Below, in pieces: positions 33,923 to 42,081 of a DNA stretch of 64,000 bases; position 1 is the stretch's first letter, and every line of letters begins with the position of its first letter. The stretch lies in the IMG/VR virus record IMGVR_UViG_2690316311_000019; one strand, written 5' to 3'. The notes beneath the pieces are model-generated. The model saw nothing but the letters and a program-made list of their open reading frames with translations, did not search any database and had not been told where the DNA came from. Source of the stretch: a virus (lineage: Duplodnaviria; Heunggongvirae; Uroviricota; Caudoviricetes). The position numbers were made by a program, and so were the translations under genes.

Positions 33923-34143
33923 TGGCTACTATCCCTACCCCAACTCATCCTGAATTTATCTGGCGCTTTTACTCCTGCCAAAAACGTCACTATCACTTCG
34001 TTATTGCACCAACAGAAGATGAGGCCCGCTCTCAGCTTCCTGACGCCCCATGTATTTTCTCTGCCCGTTTTTCCACTGATTCACGCAATTCTCTCAGTTA
34101 CTGGTGCCTCCCTGTTAACGCTTCTGCTCAGGAGGGACTATGA
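33923..34143 (+). CDS. Small hypothetical protein
   Basis: ATG with AGGAGG RBS inside a longer track ORF. Confidence 0.4.
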
Positions 34144-34913
34144 GAACGTCATTAGTCACCCGTGAAGAGATGATCGAGGCAATTGAACAGCACACTGCCT
34201 GTATCAGTACCAGGGATATACCAGGCGTTATTGCCAACTACTTCATGATCACCAAACAACTTTACCGGAGAAAGGACAAGAACGCGGTTCACCGTATCCT
34301 GTTGTCTGATATCCGCGAATACCTGCTCGAACAGGGTCATCTGAATTACGCAACCGTCGCAGCCGAAGCACGCAAGGAGGCACACAGAATGAAAGCAACT
34401 AACGTTAAATCAGAAAAAATTCATGCACCTTCAGTTCAGGAATCGGAGCTGGTGGTTGTTCAGAATCAGTCTGATGAAATTCCCGTTCTGGAATGGCAGG
34501 GAGTGCGTGTAGTGACAACCGAGACTCTTGCTAGAGGGTATGGGACAGAAACAATCCGTATTCGCCAAAATCATCATGAGAACAAAGTACGCTTTGTTGA
34601 AGGGAAGCACTTTTTCAAAGTTGAAGGAGAATCATTGCGCGAGTTGAAGCACAGAGTAGCTTTAAACTACTCTGTAAAAATTGCTCGCAATGTTCGCTCA
34701 CTCCCCTCTGGACAGAACGCGGCGCAGCCCGCCACGCTAAAATGCTCGAAACCGATCAGGCATGGGCATTCTTTGAAAAACTGGAAGACAGCTACTTCCG
34801 ACAAAAAGAACAGCAACCGATCGCAATCCCCCAGACGCTTCCTGAAGCCCTACGCCTGGCTGCCGAACTGGCTGAACAAAAGCAACTTCTGGAACAGAAA
34901 GCCCACCAGCTAA
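34140..34913 (+). CDS. Antirepressor-like protein, N-terminal part (ORF6N/AntA domain); frame-broken
   Basis: IPVLEWQGVRVVTTETLARGYG...FVEGKHFFKVEGESLRELK motif. Confidence 0.6.
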   Translation: MRTSLVTREEMIEAIEQHTACISTRDIPGVIANYFMITKQLYRRKDKNAVHRILLSDIREYLLEQGHLNYATVAAEARKEAHRMKATNVKSEKIHAPSVQESELVVVQNQSDEIPVLEWQGVRVVTTETLARGYGTETIRIRQNHHENKVRFVEGKHFFKVEGESLRELKHRVALNYSVKIARNVRSLPSGQNAAQPATLKCSKPIRHGHSLKNWKTATSDKKNSNRSQSPRRFLKPYAWLPNWLNKSNFWNRKPTS

Positions 34914-35257
34914 ATCAGCAGCTGGTGGCCGCCGCTCCTAAAGTCGATTTTGCCGACCGGGTATCAGTAGCTAAAGGGATCCTGATTGGGAATTTTGCAA
35001 AGGTTGTTGGACTTAAGCAAAACGCGCTGTTTGTCTGGTTACGGGAGAACGGCATCCTGATAGCGTCCGGTGGACGTAAAAATGTGCCGTTCCAGCAGTA
35101 CATCAACGCGGGGTATTTCACGGTGAAAGAAGTGGTGCTGGATGATGAAGATGGCTACCAGATACGGTTGACGCCTCAATTAACGGGTAAAGGCCAGCAG
35201 TGGTTGACGCGTAAACTGCTCGATGCTGGCTTGTTAAAACCGGTGGCAGCTGAATAA
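34742..35257 (+). CDS. Antirepressor-like protein, C-terminal part (KilAC/ORF6C-like); frame-broken
   Basis: LWTERGAARHAKMLETDQAW motif readable in this frame from 34700. Confidence 0.6.
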   Translation: MLETDQAWAFFEKLEDSYFRQKEQQPIAIPQTLPEALRLAAELAEQKQLLEQKAHQLNQQLVAAAPKVDFADRVSVAKGILIGNFAKVVGLKQNALFVWLRENGILIASGGRKNVPFQQYINAGYFTVKEVVLDDEDGYQIRLTPQLTGKGQQWLTRKLLDAGLLKPVAAE

Positions 35258-35264
35258 TGGAAGA

Positions 35265-35286
35265 ATGCCCGGTTGATGCCGGGCAT
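35265..35286. terminator. Hairpin between convergent antirepressor-like gene and c1
   Basis: atgcccgg-ttgatg-ccgggcat. Confidence 0.5.
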
Positions 35287-35289
35287 AAT

Positions 35290-36141
35290 TTATTGCGCGC
35301 TTTCGGGGGTGTCGTTTACTGGCTGCCCCTTCTTGGTTTTACGGCTGCGCGTAACTGATGCGGCTGACTTAACCTTTTTCTCTTCGCGAGTGATGGCAAT
35401 TTGTTTTTTTACATTTTCAATATCTGCCAGGCGATATATTTTTGCTTGCGGCCAGCGGTCGCAGATGATCGGTTCTATGGAGTCATAAAGGCTAAATTTT
35501 GCTTTTTCGAATTCACCGTTGATGATAATTCCATCACGGAGAGTTTCATCGCAGATAAACACGCCACACAGTGGCACATGGTAACTAACTGATTTACCAT
35601 CATTGTAGTTAGGGCTACTGGAAATGTAGTGGACGCGCAGCATTGTTTCGCTAAAGCCGTGTACGCGCATACGGAATTTTTCATCCTCCGGGTACTGCTT
35701 CATTAGCTCTTTTGTTGCTTCCAGGTTCTCTATGTATTTCGCACTGTGCTCATTGATCCCCGCGCTTTTTTGGATGCGAATGTCCTTATCAATCAGATGA
35801 ATAATGCGGCCAGCGGTCATGTTGACGCTGTTCACAGCTTCTGTCTGATAAGTTGTAACCTTACGCACACCGCGAAGGATGTTAGGCACTGGATATAAAA
35901 TAGTCTTTGGGATATTGAGGTCTGGGTACTGTTCCAGTTCCCGCGCCATTAAAGTCCATTTATCAATTTCAGCCTGAATGCTGTCAGTTTCTTTGAACGG
36001 TAGAACGACAACCGGGCGTACAGGACGACCGTCGCTGGCTGTATCAACGTGTTGGGCGCGTGCAACAGCTTTTTTTAGAAAGAGATCCCTGAAGCTGACG
36101 AACTCCTGGTACAGTTGTTCGCCGTAGACATAATTTATCAT
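35290..36141 (-). CDS. c1: C1 repressor of lysogeny
   Basis: 283 aa; recognised as P1 C1 by recall. Confidence 0.93.
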   Translation of the reverse strand: MINYVYGEQLYQEFVSFRDLFLKKAVARAQHVDTASDGRPVRPVVVLPFKETDSIQAEIDKWTLMARELEQYPDLNIPKTILYPVPNILRGVRKVTTYQTEAVNSVNMTAGRIIHLIDKDIRIQKSAGINEHSAKYIENLEATKELMKQYPEDEKFRMRVHGFSETMLRVHYISSSPNYNDGKSVSYHVPLCGVFICDETLRDGIIINGEFEKAKFSLYDSIEPIICDRWPQAKIYRLADIENVKKQIAITREEKKVKSAASVTRSRKTKKGQPVNDTPESAQ

Positions 36142-36236
36142 TGATCCTCCTCCAGAATTGACATGGCCAACAACTCACAGCGGATTACACTGGGAGTTGT
36201 TGGCCACCATTATAGAAGGATCCAACGAAAATAATA

Positions 36237-36253
36237 GATTTATTAGTGCATTT
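36237..36253 (-). promoter_or_regulatory. C1 operator-like site upstream of c1
   Basis: AATGCACTAATAAATCT, 14/17 match. Confidence 0.45.
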
Positions 36254-36461
36254 ATTGTGAGTCTGGCTGGTTAGTGGCCATGAGATATTCGATTGTGTCA
36301 GTGAGATCATCCAGGTCGTCTTGGGTGATGCGGTACTCCTGATTGGATATCTTTGAGTAGTGTTCAGCAATGGCGCGGGCAGCGTCGGTTTCGGCAGGGT
36401 CTACAGATAAAGCGTTAGAGCAATGTCTAACGTCGTCGATGGTTGGTTGAATGAAAGCCAT
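36252..36461 (-). CDS. coi: C1 inactivator Coi
   Basis: 69-aa ORF immediately upstream of c1. Confidence 0.8.
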   Translation of the reverse strand: MAFIQPTIDDVRHCSNALSVDPAETDAARAIAEHYSKISNQEYRITQDDLDDLTDTIEYLMATNQPDSQ

Positions 36462-36699
36462 AATTATGCCTCACTGTATTGACAACACAGAGCCTGAAGC
36501 TCTGACCTACTGTTTCACCCATGATCCATGCTGGGGTAATCTAACAACATTGCGCTGTGTGTAAGATGAGCAATGCATAGCTGTAATGCCGTTGTATAAG
36601 GTTTCCCTGTTTGCTCATTTCCTTCTGAGCCGCTCTACAACGCTGAAGACACATTAAATAGTGAATCCAAAGTCGTATTACGTAACGGCGGCAAAACTA

Positions 36700-36716
36700 T
36701 AATTTATTAGAGCAAT
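36700..36716 (-). promoter_or_regulatory. C1 operator (Op99-type)
   Basis: ATTGCTCTAATAAATTA on minus strand. Confidence 0.7.
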
Positions 36717-36782
36717 TGTCAAACAACTATGAAAAACAATCCAGTTTTTGGCTGGTGGAGTGGGATTTTTCTCTCAAAATTT

Positions 36783-36799
36783 ATTGCTCTAATAATTCT
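36783..36799 (+). promoter_or_regulatory. C1 operator
   Basis: ATTGCTCTAATAATTCT. Confidence 0.7.
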
Positions 36800-36842
36800 T
36801 GATTTTTATGCGTAGCTGGACGTAAACTCCTCTTCGGACCTA

Positions 36843-36876
36843 ATAACTTCGTATAGCATACATTATACGAAGTTAT
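36843..36876 (+). other. loxP: loxP recombination site
   Basis: Exact ATAACTTCGTATA-GCATACAT-TATACGAAGTTAT. Confidence 0.97.
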
Positions 36877-37285
36877 CTTAAGGGTTATTGAACATGATTA
36901 ATTTACCTGTAAATCCATACAGTTCAATACCTTATCAGGTCAAATAGTGATCATTTGATCAAGGTTGCGCTACGTAAAATCTGCGAAATGTTGGCAGTGT
37001 TAGTGCTCCAGATTTCGCGTAGCGCACTTAGCACCACCAATCAATCAGAGGTGAAAAATGGGATATTCAGCTGCTAAAGGTCCACTCATCTTGAGCTTGA
37101 GAAAAATCGTGGTTACTGGCGGGCAAAAGGGTTTGATCGTGATAGTTGTCAACTGTCATTATCGCGCGGTGAAGAAAAGATAGAACGCAGTCGCGGTCGT
37201 TGGCGTTTCTATGACGAGAATCATAAACAGGTAAAGGCAGAGCCGATCCTGTACACTTTACTTAAAACCATTATCTGAGTGTCAA

Positions 37286-38317
37286 ATGTCCAATTTACTG
37301 ACCGTACACCAAAATTTGCCTGCATTGCCGGTCGAGGCAACGAGTGATGAGGTTCGCAAGAACCTGATGGATATGTTCAGGGATCGCCAGGCGTTTTCTG
37401 AGCATACCTGGAAAATGCTTCTGTCCGTTTGCCGGTCATGGGCGGCTTGGTGCAAGTTGAATAACCGGAAATGGTTTCCCGCAGAACCTGAAGATGTTCG
37501 CGATTATCTTCTATATCTTCAGGCGCGCGGTCTGGCAGTAAAAACTATCCAGCAACATTTGGGCCAGCTAAACATGCTTCATCGGCGGTCCGGGCTGCCA
37601 CGACCAAGTGACAGCAACGCTGTTTCACTGGTCATGCGGCGGATCCGAAAAGAAAACGTTGATGCCGGTGAACGTGCAAAACAGGCACTAGCGTTCGAAC
37701 GCACTGATTTCGACCAGGTTCGTTCACTCATGGAAAATAGCGATCGCTGCCAGGATATACGTAATCTGGCATTTCTGGGGATTGCTTATAACACCCTGTT
37801 ACGTATAGCCGAAATTGCCAGGATCAGGGTTAAAGATATCTCACGTACTGACGGTGGGAGAATGTTAATCCATATTGGCAGAACGAAAACGCTGGTTAGC
37901 ACCGCAGGTGTAGAGAAGGCACTTAGCCTGGGGGTAACTAAACTGGTCGAGCGATGGATTTCTGTCTCTGGTGTGGCTGATGATCCGAATAACTACTTGT
38001 TTTGCCGGGTCAGAAAAAATGGTGTTGCCTCGCCATCATCCACCAGCCAGCTATCAACTCGCGCCCTGGAAGGGATTTTTGAAGCAACTCACCGATTGAT
38101 TTACGGGGCTAAGGATGACTCTGGTCAGAGGTACCTGGCCTGGTCTGGACACAGTGCCCGTGTCGGAGCCGCGCGAGATATGGCCCGCGCCGGAGTTTCA
38201 ATACCGGAGATCATGCAAGCTGGTGGCTGGACCAACGTAAATATTGTCATGAACTATATCCGTAATCTGGATAGTGAAACGGGGGCAATGGTGCGCCTGC
38301 TGGAAGATGGTGATTAG
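37286..38317 (+). CDS. cre: Cre tyrosine recombinase
   Basis: 343 aa, near-identical to canonical Cre (MSNLLTVHQNLPALPV...). Confidence 0.98.
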   Translation: MSNLLTVHQNLPALPVEATSDEVRKNLMDMFRDRQAFSEHTWKMLLSVCRSWAAWCKLNNRKWFPAEPEDVRDYLLYLQARGLAVKTIQQHLGQLNMLHRRSGLPRPSDSNAVSLVMRRIRKENVDAGERAKQALAFERTDFDQVRSLMENSDRCQDIRNLAFLGIAYNTLLRIAEIARIRVKDISRTDGGRMLIHIGRTKTLVSTAGVEKALSLGVTKLVERWISVSGVADDPNNYLFCRVRKNGVASPSSTSQLSTRALEGIFEATHRLIYGAKDDSGQRYLAWSGHSARVGAARDMARAGVSIPEIMQAGGWTNVNIVMNYIRNLDSETGAMVRLLEDGD

Positions 38318-38334
38318 CCGTCAATGTATAATAA

Positions 38335-38351
38335 ATTGCTCTAATTATTTG
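38335..38351 (+). promoter_or_regulatory. C1 operator
   Basis: ATTGCTCTAATTATTTG. Confidence 0.65.
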
Positions 38352-38367
38352 ATATTTATGGTGGCAT

Positions 38368-38679
38368 ATGAGAAAGGATTTCAACATCGACGGAAAATAT
38401 GTAGTGCTGTCTGTAAGCACTAATATTCAGTCGCCAGCCGTCATTGTCACTGTAAAGCTGAGCGATAGAATGCCTGATATTGACTCAATATCCGTTGCGT
38501 TTCCTGTCAAAAGTATGCGTAGTGCTGAACATTTCGTGATGAATGCTACCGAGGAAGAAGCACGGCGAGGTTTTGCTAAAGTGATGTCTGAGTTTGGCGA
38601 ACTCTTGGGTAAGGTTAACAATGTCCTTTCAATCAGTTCAGCAAGGTCCAAAGCATTAACAGCTTCCATGATGAAATAA
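38368..38679 (+). CDS. cra: Cre-associated small protein
   Basis: 103-aa ORF in P1 cra position. Confidence 0.6.
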   Translation: MRKDFNIDGKYVVLSVSTNIQSPAVIVTVKLSDRMPDIDSISVAFPVKSMRSAEHFVMNATEEEARRGFAKVMSEFGELLGKVNNVLSISSARSKALTASMMK

Positions 38680-38810
38680 AAAAAGCCTGGCAAGGAGCCA
38701 GGCTGCACAAAAGAGCGGGTTTGTATTCCGCATCCAATCAATCAAGAAGGAGTATAGCAGACAGATACTGAAGTGAAAAAATGTGACTCACGATAAATAA
38801 AATATCTATC

Positions 38811-38827
38811 ATTGCTCTAATTAATTG
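38811..38827 (+). promoter_or_regulatory. C1 operator overlapping putative ref promoter (-10 TATAAT at 38829-38834)
   Basis: ATTGCTCTAATTAATTG followed by gatataat. Confidence 0.65.
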
Positions 38828-38894
38828 ATATAATTGAGCCGCAGTTTTTGTCAACTACGAAGACGTTGCCATTACTTCACTCCTTGACATCATT

Positions 38895-38920
38895 GGCGGC
38901 CATTAGGCCGCCTTTTTTTT
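38895..38920 (+). terminator. Terminator/attenuator hairpin immediately upstream of ref start
   Basis: ggcggcc-atta-ggccgcc followed by T8. Confidence 0.6.
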
Positions 38921-38926
38921 GACCAT

Positions 38927-39487
38927 ATGAAAACAATCGAACAAAAAATTGAACAGTGCCGCAAGTGGCAGAAGGCAGCCAGAGAACGAGCGATCGCTCG
39001 GCAACGGGAGAAGTTGGCTGATCCGGTCTGGCGAGAATTTCAATATCAGAAAATGCGGGATACTATCGACCGCCGTATCGCTAAACAGAAAGAGCGCCCA
39101 CCAGCTAGCAAAACGCGGAAAAGCGCGGTAAAAATAAAATCTCGTGGCTTGAAGGGGAGAACACCAACGGCGGAGGAACGGCGCATCGCCAATGCTCTTG
39201 GCGCTCTCCCCTGCATTGCCTGCTATATGCATGGAGTAATATCTAATGAGGTGTCTCTGCACCATATCGCCGGTCGTACCGCGCCGGGTTGTCATAAAAA
39301 GCAATTGCCACTTTGTAGATGGCACCACCAGCATGCAGCACCGGCTGAAGTAAGAGCAAAATACCCCTGGCTGGTCCCTGTTCATGCCGATGGTGTGGTT
39401 GGAGGCAAGAAAGAATTCACCCTGCTGAACAAGTCAGAGATGGAGTTACTGGCTGACGCCTATGAGATGGCAAACATCATGCACTAA
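38927..39487 (+). CDS. ref: HNH endonuclease Ref (recombination enhancement function)
   Basis: 186 aa; HNH motif CYMHGVISNEVSLHHI...CRWHH. Confidence 0.9.
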   Translation: MKTIEQKIEQCRKWQKAARERAIARQREKLADPVWREFQYQKMRDTIDRRIAKQKERPPASKTRKSAVKIKSRGLKGRTPTAEERRIANALGALPCIACYMHGVISNEVSLHHIAGRTAPGCHKKQLPLCRWHHQHAAPAEVRAKYPWLVPVHADGVVGGKKEFTLLNKSEMELLADAYEMANIMH

Positions 39488-39529
39488 TAAATATATTATT
39501 TTTAATGATAAATGATTGACAACTGACAA

Positions 39530-40318
39530 GTGACTTCAGTCAGAATCATCACACGCCCGGTACGGATGGATCCCTTTTCAAATATTCCATGGACGGCACA
39601 GTCTGAGTACCGGGCGCTACCTTCAGTTGTATTGCTAAGCCGCCGCTGGTGGCTTTTCTTTTTTGTAGGGGGCGCTATGGATAAGAAAATATGCGTTGTT
39701 TCGATGAGCGTCGGCAAACCGGCGTCAATGACTGCTGCATGGATCAATAACGAGCTGATAATGGCTGAGCGGACCAGCTACCCTGAACGCCGCCGCGATA
39801 TGGAACTCCAGCTGCTGCGCGAATTGCGAGAAAAAGAGGAAAAGGGTTTTATCGTGCTGGTGGAAGAGGAAAACAGCTTTATTACTGGTCGAGTTGGCCA
39901 GCGTGTAAGGTTGCGCGATCCCTTCATGAACAGCAGGCCGGTACTAATTGAGGCAATGCAGATTTATAAGGAGCTGGAACGCCAGAAAGCAATCAAGTTA
40001 CCGCGCAAGGAATCCGGCAAATACATCCTTCACAAAAGCATCTTCGATTCCGAACACGATAAAAAAGGCGATGAATTTTTCAACATCAACTGGAGCGAAA
40101 TAACGACAGAACATGTTCTGACGTTACTATGTTGCTTTGCGACGGAATACAACAACGTTGCCAGCGCCGACTACATCAGGGCAATGGCTGGAGAAGTTGA
40201 GGCCAATCAGGATACGTCGTTACTAAGTCCCCTAGTGAATATAATTCAAGCTACTCATGAAATTGCCGCGCGGAAAGTGCCTAAAGGTTCATTAACTGGT
40301 AAAGATAATTATCTTTAA
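39530..40318 (+). CDS. mat: Particle maturation protein Mat (start may be ATG at 39677)
   Basis: ORF in P1 mat position. Confidence 0.6.
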   Translation: MTSVRIITRPVRMDPFSNIPWTAQSEYRALPSVVLLSRRWWLFFFVGGAMDKKICVVSMSVGKPASMTAAWINNELIMAERTSYPERRRDMELQLLRELREKEEKGFIVLVEEENSFITGRVGQRVRLRDPFMNSRPVLIEAMQIYKELERQKAIKLPRKESGKYILHKSIFDSEHDKKGDEFFNINWSEITTEHVLTLLCCFATEYNNVASADYIRAMAGEVEANQDTSLLSPLVNIIQATHEIAARKVPKGSLTGKDNYL

Positions 40319-40322
40319 ACTT

Positions 40323-40346
40323 ATTGGGCGCTAACTATGCGCCCAT
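40323..40346. terminator. Bidirectional hairpin between convergent mat and PIN-like gene
   Basis: attgggcgc-taactat-gcgcccat. Confidence 0.5.
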
Positions 40347-40350
40347 TATA

Positions 40351-41301
40351 CTAATCAATAAATACACGGAATGTCTCCAGCATCCCTTCAGGATCTTTAT
40401 CCTCGTCACCTAATGATATTAGTCTTCTGGCAAGAAGTTTCACATCATCATCATCTTTGATGTAACCAACCTGATCATTTTCAAAATAAATATCAATTAT
40501 TTTTAGGATTTGCTCTTGTGTAAAGTGAGTGAGCTTTAATAATTTTGCTACAACTCGATGTGTTGTAGCAAAACTGCCAGAGTGTCGTAATTCATCTATA
40601 GTGAGATTAACTTCCATTTCCACCAAGTTACTAGCTTGAGGAAAGTGCTCGCCTATAAACTCTGATAAGCGGGAATAGATATGTGGTTCTGAATTTTTCT
40701 TTTTTTTCCACTCATGCTTCAAATATTCATTCATATCATCCTTTATAAAGGCACTTTTATAATCACCATCTTCAGTTATGATATATATATCCTCACCGTC
40801 TGGTATCGCTTTTAGCAAACATTCCCAATTAACTGCGTCACCATATGATTTATTTTTGCCTGGCGGGTTTCCAAGATCAAATCGAAGTTTCCCCTTATCT
40901 ATTGTTTCATCATCAGCCTCTATTTTAGATGCTGCATCAAAAATCCTTTTAATTACAATATCGGCAGCCAAAGCCTCCTCTTTAAACAATTTCTGGATAT
41001 CTGTAATAATTTCATTCTTTAACCTACCTGCTTCTATAACCTTATCATTAAATTGTGAATGCTTTTCATGTTGCCTAAAAATCTGGGGAAGCGCGGGCTT
41101 ATAATCTTTTGTTATTTCCTTTATGGTTTCAGAGAGAACTTTAGAACGATTTCTCCAGAACTCATTCACTAAAAGCTCTGGTAACCAAAGTTTTAAACGA
41201 CCATATTGATGTAAGGCAAATACTTTATCCAGCTCATCTAGTTTATCTCTACCCATCCTGTAAAATTCTAAATATAGATTTGTATCAATAAAAACATTCA
41301 T
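40351..41301 (-). CDS. PIN-like nuclease domain protein (316 aa) in the locus that holds res/mod in P1; candidate defence/exclusion gene
   Basis: N-terminus MNVFIDTN with downstream acidic residues (E43, D147, D170); markedly AT-rich gene. Confidence 0.7.
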   Translation of the reverse strand: MNVFIDTNLYLEFYRMGRDKLDELDKVFALHQYGRLKLWLPELLVNEFWRNRSKVLSETIKEITKDYKPALPQIFRQHEKHSQFNDKVIEAGRLKNEIITDIQKLFKEEALAADIVIKRIFDAASKIEADDETIDKGKLRFDLGNPPGKNKSYGDAVNWECLLKAIPDGEDIYIITEDGDYKSAFIKDDMNEYLKHEWKKKKNSEPHIYSRLSEFIGEHFPQASNLVEMEVNLTIDELRHSGSFATTHRVVAKLLKLTHFTQEQILKIIDIYFENDQVGYIKDDDDVKLLARRLISLGDEDKDPEGMLETFRVFID

Positions 41302-41362
41302 ATCACATCCTCATTAAGAGTAATTTAGGCCACTCTAAAAAATAAAGTGACCTAACAGGAAA

Positions 41363-41611
41363 TCAATCAGCATTCAGGAGCAATGCGTTATCTATGATGA
41401 TCTGCTCCCATTCTTCGAATGCCCGGTCGCGGACGCCCTGGGGAACGCTGTTAGTTTTGAAATCGACGACCGTACGCCATTTCCCGTCCGGACGGTACAT
41501 GCGCAGAGCTTTACTTCCCCCTTCCCTGCGCACCTCAACGTTATGCTTATCAGCAAACTCTTGTAATGCTCGTAGCGTCCCATGCTTTACTGTGTAGTAT
41601 CGCTTTTTCAA
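41363..41611 (-). CDS. lxc: C1 co-repressor Lxc
   Basis: 82-aa ORF, P1 synteny. Confidence 0.65.
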   Translation of the reverse strand: MKKRYYTVKHGTLRALQEFADKHNVEVRREGGSKALRMYRPDGKWRTVVDFKTNSVPQGVRDRAFEEWEQIIIDNALLLNAD

Positions 41612-42048
41612 GTTTTCTCTCCAGCCTGTGCTAAGGCTTCAACTTCCAAATCGTAAGACTCAAACTCATAGTCCTGGTCGTCAACTTCTTCAGGCACTGG
41701 CAATAAATGCCAGGCTGAGTATATCTGACCGTTATCAAAACGCTCCTGGCTGTAGAGCGTCGCAGCTATGAGCGTCAGCGCCGGGCGGTCATAACGGTAA
41801 ATTTTGCGAACGTCACGGTCAACGAGACGACCCAAATTACCATAACCGCGCTCCAGTAATAATTTTTTAATTTCCGGCCAGTATGGGCCATAGCTGCGGT
41901 ACAGGCGGGGATTTTTCAGTAATCGCCCGCGTAGCCCTGACAGGAAGAAATCAACGTATTCGTCTTCTGTCTTTCCTAACAACGCTGTACGGAGTACCGC
42001 CTCAAGATATGTTTTATTCGGTTTTATTGTATCAGATAGTGTGGCCAT
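41608..42048 (-). CDS. ulx: Ulx (upstream of lxc)
   Basis: 146-aa ORF between darB and lxc. Confidence 0.6.
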   Translation of the reverse strand: MATLSDTIKPNKTYLEAVLRTALLGKTEDEYVDFFLSGLRGRLLKNPRLYRSYGPYWPEIKKLLLERGYGNLGRLVDRDVRKIYRYDRPALTLIAATLYSQERFDNGQIYSAWHLLPVPEEVDDQDYEFESYDLEVEALAQAGEKT

Positions 42049-42081
42049 ATTATGCGACGCCCGGCGAACCGGGCGCTCCTG

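Noticed and set aside
33580-34143. 187-aa track ORF starting inside the pacB end
   Set aside because: The 5' part overlaps pacB and the operator/promoter region; only the 3' part from the ATG at 33923 has RBS support.
38685-38704. Hairpin agcctggc-aagga-gccaggct after cra as a terminator
   Set aside because: No T-run on the plus strand after the stem, so terminator function is unsupported.
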